This document shows, piece by piece, positions 54,937-64,000 of a stretch of DNA of 64,000 nt (position 1 is its first letter; each line of letters opens with the position of its first letter). The notes beneath the pieces are model-generated. The model saw only the letters and a program-made list of their open reading frames with translations, was not told the DNA's origin and made no database searches. This DNA is from an uncultured Actinomycetota bacterium. Its GTDB lineage: Bacteria > Actinomycetota > Actinomycetes > Propionibacteriales > Nocardioidaceae. The position numbers and the translations under genes were made by a program. The stretch is taken from assembly GCA_963781695.1 (NCBI GenBank), contig CAWAGE010000001.1:79127-143126 (forward strand). Reading direction: 5' to 3'.

Positions 54937-56254
54937 ACATCGGACCCCACGCGACGACCACGACGGCAGCCCACGCGGCGTACATGGGGAGATAGTCCGT
55001 CTGCCAACGCTCTAGTGCTGCGACCGGACACCTGTCTCGCACGAACGCCAGGCCGAGCGAAGCCGAGACCGCGAGGTTGACCAGGAGAAGGATGTTGAGG
55101 CCGAGCGCTGCCGCGCGGTTCGGAGTCAACCCAAGCTCTGCGATGCGGCTAGCCATGGCAACCAGCACCACGAGGTCGACAACGATCGCTGCGACCGCTA
55201 GCAGCACTTGCAGCCAGTCGGCGAGACCAGCCGGCGCCTGAGGTGGCCTCGCCGACAGTGCGTACAACTCCAGCGCCAGCACGAGCAGCAGGATCACGCT
55301 CATCAAGATGAGCAGCTCTCGCTCGACGTCGATGACGTTCGGGTCGATGGCGAACGCGACCAGCAGTGAGCCCAACAGCAAGATGGTCAGCGGCGAGAAG
55401 ACCCGCGCCAACACGGGGGCGATGTTCTCGATGACGTTCTGCTTTGACTCCACCAGCCAAGCCGCGATCAGCGCCACCCCAGCCGCGCCCATCGGCAGCA
55501 CCCACCCGAACAAGAACACTTCTGCGTCGACATCGATGGCGTTGAAGGTCCCGGCTGTCAGTGCCAGCAGGAGACCGCCACCGGCAGCGAGCAGGAAGTA
55601 GTACACCCCCCATTCGCCGGTGAAGCGGATGAAGTCCATGCGCCGACGTCCTGATCGCCAGTCGCCCCCAACATAGGCCACTCCGGTGAGGAGCCACAGC
55701 AGGATCGGGGCGTGGAGGGACGCCAGCAGCAGCGTGTCACCTTGCCCGTCGTCGAAGGGATAGATGACGAGCAGCGCACCGACGGCCCCGAATCCGGCCG
55801 CCACCGCGCTTAGCCGCAGGGGCGAGAGCCGTCGCTTCCACGCGAAGTAGGCAGCCATCCAGGGCAGCACAAGCACGGAGGCGAGTCGAACGAACAACTC
55901 CTCGTCCAACCAAGCCACGCCGGCCCGGATCGAGAGGGCTGCCCCGGCTCCGAGGGCGATGGCAGACCACAGGTCACGACCCCACGCGAGTGCCTCGCTG
56001 GGCTCGTCGGCGGTGAGGACAAGCTGTTTCCACAACCGCTCGGAGTGCTCGCGAGCGAACTCACGCGAAAGATCGTCGATGCTGCCCATCCGCTTGACAG
56101 CAATCAGGAAGGCCTCGTCGTCGGAGAGGCCGGTGGCGACGAGGTCGTCGACCTGACCGCGCAGGTGCTCTTCGAGCTCGGCCACGTCGTCCGTCGTCAA
56201 GGCGGCCCGGCGTTGGACGTAGACCCGCCACTGCTCGACCTGTCGCTCGCTCAT
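54923..56254 (-). CDS. permease-prefix-domain-1 membrane protein (PadR partner)
   Basis: ELEEHLRGQVDDL..DEAFLIAVKRMGS N-terminus followed by many TM helices. Confidence 0.85.
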   Translation of the reverse strand: MSERQVEQWRVYVQRRAALTTDDVAELEEHLRGQVDDLVATGLSDDEAFLIAVKRMGSIDDLSREFAREHSERLWKQLVLTADEPSEALAWGRDLWSAIALGAGAALSIRAGVAWLDEELFVRLASVLVLPWMAAYFAWKRRLSPLRLSAVAAGFGAVGALLVIYPFDDGQGDTLLLASLHAPILLWLLTGVAYVGGDWRSGRRRMDFIRFTGEWGVYYFLLAAGGGLLLALTAGTFNAIDVDAEVFLFGWVLPMGAAGVALIAAWLVESKQNVIENIAPVLARVFSPLTILLLGSLLVAFAIDPNVIDVERELLILMSVILLLVLALELYALSARPPQAPAGLADWLQVLLAVAAIVVDLVVLVAMASRIAELGLTPNRAAALGLNILLLVNLAVSASLGLAFVRDRCPVAALERWQTDYLPMYAAWAAVVVVAWGPMFNWA

Positions 56255-56616
56255 GGGCCGACCACCTGTGGCGCCGCGACCGGCATCCGGGCCTGCCAGA
56301 TGCGATCAAGCGCCTCGCTGACTACGGCCCATTGGCTTTGCCGATCGGCGAGCGCCGCGCGACCCGCTCTGGTGAGTGAGTAGTGCCTTCGGCGCCGACC
56401 CTCGTCCGATGTCTGCCAGGACGACTCCACCTGCCCTAGCCGCTCAAGCCGATGCAGCAGCGGATACAGCATCCCATCGGTCCACTCCATGTTCCCGTCG
56501 GACAGCTCTCGGATGCGCTTGAGAATCGCGTACCCGTAGGACGACTCATCGTCGGCGAGGATGCCCAACACCAGCGGGGTAGCCGAAGCCGCCACGAGGT
56601 CCTTGTCGATGCGCAT
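56251..56616 (-). CDS. PadR-family transcriptional regulator
   Basis: SYGYAI, DGMLYPLLHRLE, RRRRHYSLT. Confidence 0.92.
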   Translation of the reverse strand: MRIDKDLVAASATPLVLGILADDESSYGYAILKRIRELSDGNMEWTDGMLYPLLHRLERLGQVESSWQTSDEGRRRRHYSLTRAGRAALADRQSQWAVVSEALDRIWQARMPVAAPQVVGP

Positions 56617-56628
56617 GTTCACGCCCCT

Positions 56629-56671
56629 ATACCTAGAGCTGCAAGGTAACATACCTGGCGCTTCTAGGTAT
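56629..56671. promoter_or_regulatory. tandem putative PadR operators
   Basis: ATACCT-N9-AGGTAA (56629-56649) and ATACCT-N9-AGGTAT (56651-56671). Confidence 0.7.
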
Positions 56672-56799
56672 CGCACGAGCCAGCGCCTGTGCGGGTACAC
56701 CAGGACCTCCGACACCGGATCCTGGCTCCCCCACGCGAAGGCACCAGACGGTTCGCCCAGGGGCTCCGACCACGGCCTGCCCCCGGCGCAGGCCGAAGT

Positions 56800-57050
56800 G
56801 ACCGGCATCCTGCAGGATCTCGAATCACTGAGCCTCAACCGCTTCAGTGACCCTCTCGTGTGCGAAGCGGACACAGCCCGAGCCGCCCGGTCGACCGCAT
56901 GGTCAAGGCCTGCCTCGTCGAGCGCCGCCGCTCCGTTCGAGACCGAAGGGACGTCGAACTGACTAGCACCAGCACAGGCATCGTTCTGTCGACGCAGGTC
57001 ACCAGGATCGAGGCGCACCTGTACGCCCTGCTCGCAGCCAGCCGGGTTGA
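56800..57050 (+). pseudogene. possible MarR-family remnant
   Basis: Fragment VDRMVKACLVERRRSVRDRRDVELT resembles the MarR wing; upstream frames are disrupted. Confidence 0.45.
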
Positions 57051-57145
57051 GCAACCTGGAGTCGGCGAGCCGCCACGGGCGGTCCGTCAGGTCCTCGACC
57101 AGAGGCCAGCGGCTACCCAGCCAGTGGTGCTTCTCCGTTCACCGA

Positions 57146-57454
57146 CTACCGCTGGCCCGACTCGTCCGCCAGCGACCGCAGCGCCCGGTCCCAGCGCTCC
57201 CGGCGCTGCTCGAGCGTCTGCTCCCACCACGGCTCGCCCCGCTCCCCGAGACCGTGCTTGGCCAGGTCCACCCGGCGTCGTGCCGGCGCGGGGTCCTCGC
57301 CGGCACGGGTGAGGCGGCCCACCTGGGAGCGGGCGCTGCCGAGCGCCGAGCGCAGCGCGGCGGCGACGTCCGCCGGCAGCGCCGGGTCCTCCCGCCGCCA
57401 GCGCCGGCCGTCGACCACCAGGTAGCGCGTGCCGTCGTCGCTCTCGTCGGCCAC
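57146..57454 (-). CDS. small hypothetical protein, copy 2 (102 aa), directly after fdhF
   Basis: GTG 57454; same protein as 52743-53039 with an extra Ser and a different C-terminus (DESGQR). Confidence 0.78.
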   Translation of the reverse strand: MADESDDGTRYLVVDGRRWRREDPALPADVAAALRSALGSARSQVGRLTRAGEDPAPARRRVDLAKHGLGERGEPWWEQTLEQRRERWDRALRSLADESGQR

Positions 57455-57489
57455 GCGGATCCGCCCGCCGGTCAGGACAGGTGGGTCGG
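57165..57489. repeat. direct repeat, right copy (325 bp)
   Basis: Partner of 52753-53074; includes the last codons of the fdhF-like gene. Confidence 0.95.
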
Positions 57490-59838
57490 CTGCGGACGCG
57501 ACTTGTGACCCTCGTCCTCGCCGGTGGCACCGCCGTGCCCGTTCCCCGAGGAGCCGCCTCCGGCCGCCGGCTCCAGCCGGACCACCACTGCCTTCGACGT
57601 CGGGCAGTTGCTGGACTCCGCCGTCGAGTCCAGGGGCACCAGCGGGTTGGTCTCCGGGTAGTACGCCGCCGCGCAGCCTCGGGGCTGCTCGTAGGGCACC
57701 ACCCGGAACGCCGGGGCGGAGCGTTCGGAGCCGTCCGTCCACTCGCTCACCAGGTCGACCATCTGGTCCGGCCGCAGGCCCAGCGCGACGATGTCGTCGG
57801 GGTGCACGAACACCACCCGGCGGCCGCCGCTGACCCCGCGGTAGCGGTCGTCGAGCCCGTAGATCGTGGTGTTGAACTGGTCGTGCGAGCGCATCGTCTG
57901 CAGCAGCAGTCGTCCCTCGGGCACGTGCAGCACGTCGATCGGGCTCACCGTGAAGGCCGCACGGCCCGAGTCCGTGTCGAAGGAGCGGCTGTCCCGCGGG
58001 GGGTGCGGCATGGTGAACCCGCCGGGCCGGTCGACCTTCTCGTCATAGGCTTCGCAGCCGGGCACGACCCGCGCGATCCGGCGCCGGATCTCGGTGTAGT
58101 CGGAGCGGAAGGCCTCCCACGGCAGCCCGTACCGGTCCCCGAGCGTCGCGGCCGCGATCGAGCAGACGATGTCCACCTCGGAGCGCAGCGCCGGGCCGGC
58201 CGGCTCCAGGGGCCCCTGGGAGGCGTGGACCACGCACAGCGAGTCCTCGACGGTGACCCGCTGCGGACGGCCGCCGGTCCGGTCCTTCTCGGTGCGACCC
58301 AGCGTCGGCAGGATCAGGGCGGTGCGGCCGTGCACCACGTGCGAGCGGTTCAGCTTCGTGGAGATCTGCACGGTCAGGTCGGCGTTGCGCATGGCCTGCT
58401 CGGTGACGGTGGTGTCCGGAGCGGCCTGGACGAAGTTGCCGCCCAGCCCGACGAACACCGACGCCGTGCCGTCCCGCAGCGCTCGGATGGCGTTCACGGT
58501 GTCCAGGCCGTGCTCGCGGGGCGGGTCGAAGCCGAACTCCGCCTGCAGCCGGTCCAGGAAGTGGGCCGGCGGGCGTTCCCAGATGCCCATGGTGCGGTCG
58601 CCCTGCACGTTCGAGTGGCCCCGCACCGGGAACAGCCCCGCGCCCGGCCGGCCGATGCCGCCCTGCAGGAGTGCGACGTTGACGATCTCCTTGACCGTCG
58701 CGACCGCGTTGCGGTGCTGGGTGATGCCCATCGCCCAGCAGATGACCGTGGCCGAGGAGTCCCGGAACATCCGCGCGGCCTCCTCGATCTGCTCGCGGCT
58801 CAGCGACGTGGCCCGCTCCACGGCAGCCCAGTCGACGGCGCCCACGTGCCGGGCCCACTCCTCGAAGCCGACGGTGTGCCGCTCGATGAAGTCCGGGTCG
58901 GCGCAGCCCCACTCCAGCAGCAGCGAGCCGATCGCCTGGAGCAGCGCCAGGTCGCCGTTGATCCGCACCGGCAGGTGCAGGTCCGCAAGCTCGGTGCCCA
59001 CCCCGGCGATGCCGCGGGCGTTCTGCGGGTTGCGGAAGCGCACGAAGCCGGCCTCCCGCAGCGGGTTGACCGCGAGGATCTTGGCACCGTTGCGCTTCGC
59101 CTGCTCCAGTGCGGTCAGCATCCGCGGGTGGTTCGTCCCCGGGTTCTGCCCCATGATCACGATCAGCTTCGCGTCGTAGACGTCCTGGATGGTGACGCTG
59201 GCCTTGCCGATCCCGATGGCCTCGGCCAACCCGATCGAGGTCGACTCGTGGCACATGTTCGAGCAGTCGGGCAGGTTGTTCGTGCCGAAGGCCCGGGCGA
59301 AGAGCTGGTAGGAGAACGCGGCCTCGTTCGAGGCCCGGCCCGAGGTGTAGAACAGCGCCTGGTCGGGGTCGGCCAGCCCGCGCAGCCGGTCGCCGACCAG
59401 GGCGAACGCCTCGTCCCAGTCGATCGGGGTGTAGTGGGTGGCGCCCTCCCGCAGCACCATCGGCTCGACGATGCGGCCCTGCTTGCCCAGCCAGTAGTCC
59501 GTGTGCTGCTCGAGCTCGGCGACGGGGTGCTCCGCGAAGAAGCGGCGGTCGACCCGCTCGGTGGTCGCCTCCTCCGCGACCGCCTTGGCGCCGTTCTCGC
59601 AGAACTCGGCGGTGTGGCGGTGATCGGGCTCCGGGTCGGGCCACGCGCAGGACATGCAGTCGAAGCCGTCGGTCTGGTTGAGCTTCAGCAGCGTCCGGGC
59701 AGTGCGGACCGGCCCCATCTGCTGCAGCGACCGCTTCATGGACACCGCGACGGCGGTCAGCCCGGCGGCCGCGTCCTTGGGCGCGTGGACCTCGATCTCG
59801 CTCTCGTCGATCTCGCGGGTCGTGGGGCGACGGGTCAT
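57472..59838 (-). CDS. FdhF/YdeP-family molybdopterin oxidoreductase
   Basis: GFDCMSCAWP, FCENGAK, PDCSNMCHES, RGHSNVQGDRTMG, RSHDQFNTT; RBS AAGGAG. Confidence 0.92.
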   Translation of the reverse strand: MTRRPTTREIDESEIEVHAPKDAAAGLTAVAVSMKRSLQQMGPVRTARTLLKLNQTDGFDCMSCAWPDPEPDHRHTAEFCENGAKAVAEEATTERVDRRFFAEHPVAELEQHTDYWLGKQGRIVEPMVLREGATHYTPIDWDEAFALVGDRLRGLADPDQALFYTSGRASNEAAFSYQLFARAFGTNNLPDCSNMCHESTSIGLAEAIGIGKASVTIQDVYDAKLIVIMGQNPGTNHPRMLTALEQAKRNGAKILAVNPLREAGFVRFRNPQNARGIAGVGTELADLHLPVRINGDLALLQAIGSLLLEWGCADPDFIERHTVGFEEWARHVGAVDWAAVERATSLSREQIEEAARMFRDSSATVICWAMGITQHRNAVATVKEIVNVALLQGGIGRPGAGLFPVRGHSNVQGDRTMGIWERPPAHFLDRLQAEFGFDPPREHGLDTVNAIRALRDGTASVFVGLGGNFVQAAPDTTVTEQAMRNADLTVQISTKLNRSHVVHGRTALILPTLGRTEKDRTGGRPQRVTVEDSLCVVHASQGPLEPAGPALRSEVDIVCSIAAATLGDRYGLPWEAFRSDYTEIRRRIARVVPGCEAYDEKVDRPGGFTMPHPPRDSRSFDTDSGRAAFTVSPIDVLHVPEGRLLLQTMRSHDQFNTTIYGLDDRYRGVSGGRRVVFVHPDDIVALGLRPDQMVDLVSEWTDGSERSAPAFRVVPYEQPRGCAAAYYPETNPLVPLDSTAESSNCPTSKAVVVRLEPAAGGGSSGNGHGGATGEDEGHKSRPQPTHLS

Positions 59839-59911
59839 CGGTGTCTCCTTCTCACGCGGGGGGCGGGCCGGGCCAGCATCCTCCAACCTCCCAAACCAGG
59901 CGGACGGGGGG

Positions 59912-60364
59912 TCAGCTGAGCCGCCGGGCCGCCGCCCGCTCGGCGGCCGCCAGCTCCGCGGAGCCGGCGGCGCGCTCGTCGAGGGCGACGGGAGGCGGGA
60001 CCGTCGCGACCCAGTCCTTGAGCCGGTCCCGCTCGTGGGTCAGCTCGCGGATGTCGCGCTCGGCGTAGGCGAACTCCGGGCTCCAGAACAGCGCCTCGAA
60101 GGGGCACACCTCGACGCAGATCGAGCAGTACATGCACAGCGACCAGTCGATCGCGAACCGGTCGAGCACGTTGCGGGTCCGCTCCCGGCCGCCGCCCGGA
60201 CCGGCGGCGGGCGGCACGGCCTCCTGGTGGGAGTCGATGTGGATGCACCACGCCGGGCACTCGCGCGCGCACAGCATGCAGGACGTGCAATTCTCCTCGA
60301 TCAGCGCGATGACCCCCCGCGAGCGGGCGGGCAGCGCGGCGGACCGGTCCGGCCGCTCAGCCAT
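59912..60364 (-). CDS. nuoI: NuoI-like 2x[4Fe-4S] subunit
   Basis: [12 protein letters not shown] and [12 protein letters not shown]. Confidence 0.85.
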   Translation of the reverse strand: MAERPDRSAALPARSRGVIALIEENCTSCMLCARECPAWCIHIDSHQEAVPPAAGPGGGRERTRNVLDRFAIDWSLCMYCSICVEVCPFEALFWSPEFAYAERDIRELTHERDRLKDWVATVPPPVALDERAAGSAELAAAERAAARRLS

Positions 60365-60977
60365 CGCCGTCCTCCCGCCGGGGTCCCCACACGGCCGGGT
60401 CCGGCACGCCGGGCGGCCGCGCCCGGCGCCGGGAGGTGGTGCGGGTCGCGTCGGACTCGCCCGGCTCCTTGGCGCCCGGCCACGGCCGCACCACCCGCGA
60501 GACGAGCACGAAGTCCTTGCGCAGCGGGTGCCCGGCGAACTCGTCGGGCAGCAGCAGCGGCGCCAGGTCGAGCACCCGGCCGTCACGACTGAAGTCCACG
60601 CCGAACATCTCGTGGGTCTCGCGCTCGTGCCAGCCGGCGCCGGCGTACACCTCGACGACGGAGCCGACCACGGGGGCGGCGGCCGGCAGCAGGGTCCGCT
60701 GCAGGAGGTGCTCGACGGCGCCGGGGCGGTGTCGCGCCAGGTGGGCTACGACCCGGATCCCGTCCTCGCCCTCGTCGACCGCGGACAGCCAGTCGAAGTA
60801 CGACAGCCCGAGCGTGTCGCGGGCGAGGGCCGCGGCGGCCGGCCAGTCCTCGGCGACGACGTCGACGCCGAGCGGACCGAAGCCCGGCTCCACCGTGCCC
60901 CCGCCCGGCAGGCAGGCGTACGCCGACCGCACCCGCTCCGCCCACTCCTCGCGGTGCCCGGCACCCGGCTCGCTCAC
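60357..60977 (-). CDS. nuoC: NuoC-like subunit
   Basis: [26 protein letters not shown]. Confidence 0.85.
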   Translation of the reverse strand: MSEPGAGHREEWAERVRSAYACLPGGGTVEPGFGPLGVDVVAEDWPAAAALARDTLGLSYFDWLSAVDEGEDGIRVVAHLARHRPGAVEHLLQRTLLPAAAPVVGSVVEVYAGAGWHERETHEMFGVDFSRDGRVLDLAPLLLPDEFAGHPLRKDFVLVSRVVRPWPGAKEPGESDATRTTSRRRARPPGVPDPAVWGPRREDGDG

Positions 60978-61447
60978 GACGTGACCCGGGGGTCGTCGAG
61001 GAGGGTTCGCAGGCCGTGGAGCAGCGCCTCCGGCCGGGGCGGGCACCCGGGGACGTAGACGTCGACCGGCACCAGCTGGTCGATGCCCTTGGTCACGCTG
61101 TAGGAGTCCCAGTACGGGCCGCCGGAGTTCGAGCACGACCCGAACGACACCACGTACCTCGGCTCGGGAAGCTGCTGGAACAGCCGGTGCACCGCGGGCG
61201 CCATCTTGTCGGTCACCGTGCCCGAGACCACCATGACCGCCGGGCCGGCGACCGCGTCGCCGGGAGGCACGGGCCGGAAGGTCTCGGGGTGGCCGGCCAC
61301 CGCGGCGTCGAGCTCGACGGCACAGCAGGCCAGCCCGACGTCGAAGGCCCACAGCGACACCGGGCCGCCCACGTCGACCTGGTAGCGCGTCGCACTCGTG
61401 GCCGGCCGCGGCCCGGCCCGGCCCGGCATCGGCAGGTCCACGTCCAT
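60974..61447 (-). CDS. nuoB: NuoB-like subunit
   Basis: [34 protein letters not shown]; leaderless TACAGT 6 nt upstream. Confidence 0.85.
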   Translation of the reverse strand: MDVDLPMPGRAGPRPATSATRYQVDVGGPVSLWAFDVGLACCAVELDAAVAGHPETFRPVPPGDAVAGPAVMVVSGTVTDKMAPAVHRLFQQLPEPRYVVSFGSCSNSGGPYWDSYSVTKGIDQLVPVDVYVPGCPPRPEALLHGLRTLLDDPRVTS

Positions 61448-61480
61448 CCGGCCACTGTAGGAGGCCGGGACCGGAGGGGG

Positions 61481-62509
61481 TCAGGCCGTGCCCGTCGAGA
61501 CCGGCGGGTCGGCCATCGAGGTCGACCCGGGGTTCGCCGCCAGCCACACCCGGCTGCCCACCTCGAGCCCGAGCTCGCGGGCGTGCGAGCGGGTGAGCGT
61601 GACGTCCACCTCGGGGTCGGCCGCCGTGGCAGGGCCGCCGGCCTCGACCCGGTGCGGGCCCAGGGTGGGCCGCACCGTCAACCGGACCTCGAAGCCGACG
61701 CGCAGCATCCGCACCACCTCGCCCGGCATCGTGCCGTGCACGTCGCCGGACCTGCGCACGTCGATGTCGTGCGGCCGGATCAGCGACCCGGCCAGCCGGG
61801 TGACCGGCCCGAGGAAGCTCATCACGAAGTCGTTGGCCGGTGTGTCGTAGAGCTCGTCGGGGGACCCGACCTGCTCGACCCGGCCGTCGTTGACCACCAC
61901 GATCTCGTCGGCGACCTCCAGGGCCTCCTCCTGGTCGTGGGTCACGAAGACCGTGGTCACGTGGACCTCGTCGTGCAGCCGTCGCAGCCAGTCCCGCAGC
62001 TCCTTGCGGACCTTGGCGTCCAGCGCCCCGAACGGCTCGTCGAGCAGCAGCACGCTCGGCTCGACCGCTAGGGCCCGGGCCAGCGCCATCCGCTGCCGCT
62101 GCCCTCCGGACAGCTGGGCCGGCAGCCGGTGGGCGAACTGCGAGAGGTGGACCAGGTCGAGCAGCTCCGCGACCCGGCGGGCGGTCTCCTGCTTCGGCCG
62201 CCTGCGGATCTCCAGGCCGAAGGCCACGTTCTTGGCCACGCTCATGTGCTTGAAGGCGGCGTAGTGCTGGAACACGAAGCCGACGTTGCGCCGCTGCGGT
62301 GGCAGGTGGGTGGCCTCCCGACCCTCGATGCGCACGGTCCCCTCGTCGGCGGACTCCAGGCCCGCGACGATGCGCAGCAGCGTCGACTTGCCGCCGCCGG
62401 AGGGCCCGAGCAGGGCCGTGAGCTGGCCGCTGGGGATGGCCAGCGACACGTCCTGCAGGGCGACGAAGTCGCCGAAGCGCTTGGTGACGTGGTCGATCTC
62501 GATGCTCAT
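61481..62509 (-). CDS. cysA: sulfate/thiosulfate ABC ATP-binding protein
   Basis: [26 protein letters not shown]. Confidence 0.9.
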   Translation of the reverse strand: MSIEIDHVTKRFGDFVALQDVSLAIPSGQLTALLGPSGGGKSTLLRIVAGLESADEGTVRIEGREATHLPPQRRNVGFVFQHYAAFKHMSVAKNVAFGLEIRRRPKQETARRVAELLDLVHLSQFAHRLPAQLSGGQRQRMALARALAVEPSVLLLDEPFGALDAKVRKELRDWLRRLHDEVHVTTVFVTHDQEEALEVADEIVVVNDGRVEQVGSPDELYDTPANDFVMSFLGPVTRLAGSLIRPHDIDVRRSGDVHGTMPGEVVRMLRVGFEVRLTVRPTLGPHRVEAGGPATAADPEVDVTLTRSHARELGLEVGSRVWLAANPGSTSMADPPVSTGTA

Positions 62510-63336
62510 CGGCTGTCCCGACTCTCGGAGGGGCGGAGGATGCTGACCAGCACGATGCAGACGACCGAGGCGAGGGCCAGCAGGAAGGCGGTGGAGTAGG
62601 CGGTGGCCTGGTCGAATCCCTGGTACCTCGACTCGACGACCAGCGTGGCGGTCTGGGTCTGGGACACGATGTTCCCGGAGACGACCTTGACCGCGCCGTA
62701 CTCGCCCAGCGACCTGGCCAGGCTGAGCACGACGCCGTACACGACGGCCCACTTGATGCTGGGCAGCGTGACGCGGCGGAAGGTGGCGACGGCGTTGGCG
62801 CCCAGGCTGCGGGCTGCCTGCTCCTGCTCGTCCCCGATCTCCTGCAGCACCGGAACGACCTCGCGGATGACCAGCGGGAGCGCGACGAAGACGGTGGCGA
62901 GCACCATCCCCGGCGTCGCGAAGACCACGTCGATCCCGGCCCGCGACAGCCCGGGGCCGAACAGGCCGGTTCGTGGGCTGAAGACCAGCAGCAGTGCCAG
63001 GCCGACCACCACCGGGGAGACCGACAGCGGCAGGTCCAGCAGGGCCGACAGCAGCCGCTTGCCCCGGAACCGGTGGCGGACCAGGAGCAGCGAGACGCCG
63101 ACGCCGAAGACCAGGTTGACCGCGACCGAGACGACCGCGACCAGCACGGTCAACCGCAGTGCGTGGGTGACGGCCGGGTCGCCGAGCGCCGTCGCCAGGG
63201 CGGTCGTGCCGTCCGCGAAGGTGTACTTGACCACCAGAGAGACCGGCCACACCACCAGCGCCGCCACGTAGCCGAGGACCACGGTCCGCAGCCCCCACCG
63301 CACCGCTCGGGGCTCGCGCAGCCGGGCGCTAGCCAC
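62506..63336 (-). CDS. cysW: sulfate ABC permease
   Basis: [28 protein letters not shown]. Confidence 0.88.
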   Translation of the reverse strand: MASARLREPRAVRWGLRTVVLGYVAALVVWPVSLVVKYTFADGTTALATALGDPAVTHALRLTVLVAVVSVAVNLVFGVGVSLLLVRHRFRGKRLLSALLDLPLSVSPVVVGLALLLVFSPRTGLFGPGLSRAGIDVVFATPGMVLATVFVALPLVIREVVPVLQEIGDEQEQAARSLGANAVATFRRVTLPSIKWAVVYGVVLSLARSLGEYGAVKVVSGNIVSQTQTATLVVESRYQGFDQATAYSTAFLLALASVVCIVLVSILRPSESRDSR

Positions 63337-64000
63337 GACGGGCCACCCGCCGCGAGACGAGGTCGAGGGCGACGATGACGGCCAGCGCCACCACGAGCAT
63401 CAGCGTGGCCACGGTCGCCGCCGACGTGGTGTCGCCGCTCTCGATGTAGGTCAGCACCCGCACCGAGGCGACCTCGGTGCGGTGGGGCAGGTTTCCCGAC
63501 AGCAGCACCAGCGAGCCGTACTCGCTGATGCCGCGGGCGAACGACAGCGCCGCGCCCGCCGTCACCGCCGGGACGAGGCTCGGCACGATGATCCGCCGGA
63601 AGGTGGTCAGCGTGCCCGCGCCCAGCGAGGCCGACGCCTCCTCGACGTCGGCGTCGAGCTCCTCGAGCACCGGCTGGACCGTCCGCACGACGAAGGGCAG
63701 CGTGACGAACGCCAGCGCCAGGAACACCGCCGCGCGCGTGTTCGCGACGTCGATGCCCAGCGGGCCGCTCGGCCCGTAGAGCGAGAGCAGCACCAGCCCG
63801 GCCACGATCGTCGGGAGCGCGAACGGGACGTCGATGACCACGTCGAGGACGGCTCGGCCGGGGAACCGGTCGCGGACCAGGACCCAGGCGATGGCCGTGC
63901 CCATGACCACGTTCAGCCCGGTCACCAGCAGCGCCTGCACGACGGTGAGCGAGACCGCCGACAGCGTCTGCGGGTCGGTCAGGGTGGCCACGAAGCCGGC
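63329..64000 (-). CDS. cysT: sulfate ABC permease (5' end outside the window)
   Basis: DVPFALPTIVAG, EEASASLGA, SEYGSLV. Confidence 0.88.
   Translation of the reverse strand, partial: AGFVATLTDPQTLSAVSLTVVQALLVTGLNVVMGTAIAWVLVRDRFPGRAVLDVVIDVPFALPTIVAGLVLLSLYGPSGPLGIDVANTRAAVFLALAFVTLPFVVRTVQPVLEELDADVEEASASLGAGTLTTFRRIIVPSLVPAVTAGAALSFARGISEYGSLVLLSGNLPHRTEVASVRVLTYIESGDTTSAATVATLMLVVALAVIVALDLVSRRVARRG

Noticed and set aside
57481-59919. 812-aa plus-strand ORF (similarly 30264-32456 +)
   Set aside because: Antisense shadows of fdhF and glcB.
1-64000. IS elements, prophage, rRNA, RiPP/NRPS/PKS clusters
   Set aside because: No transposase, integrase, phage, rRNA or core biosynthetic signatures were recognised.

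Overview
High-GC actinobacterial chromosome segment, probably Nocardioidaceae-like (inferred from gene content and leaderless promoters, not from a database search). Left to right: cobalamin-riboswitch operon (cbtB-cbtA-2Fe-2S ferredoxin-probable cobQ start) back-to-back with a short MetE-like gene; two opposed 22-bp tandem arrays; c-di-AMP-riboswitch rpf; MMPL-larA; tag/FGE/F420-PPOX/GH31; a MerR-DICT regulator with a CarH/LitR-type DNA-binding head, divergent from a six-gene operon (small protein, degenerate FHA, NAD(P)-binding protein, CPBP, flavin oxidoreductase, SDR); IdeR-boxed bfd; amidase; 5'-3' exonuclease; a glycolate/lactate (glc) cluster ending in iclR and aac(2'); a heme-oxygenase-like diiron enzyme-CDGSH-methyltransferase trio; GH36; two keto-sugar/glycoside catabolic clusters on either side of tRNA-Tyr/yajQ; a ~4.7-kb islet bounded by ~322-bp direct repeats (guanidine-III riboswitch-gdx, HTH-MNT plus broken HEPN, PadR pair, pseudogene debris); an FdhF/YdeP molybdoenzyme preceded by a stand-alone nuoB-nuoC-nuoI module; and cysTWA. 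No CRISPR array, IS element or integrase was seen. All product calls come from motif recognition by eye. Start codons were re-chosen from RBS, overlap or leaderless evidence where the ORF track over-extends.
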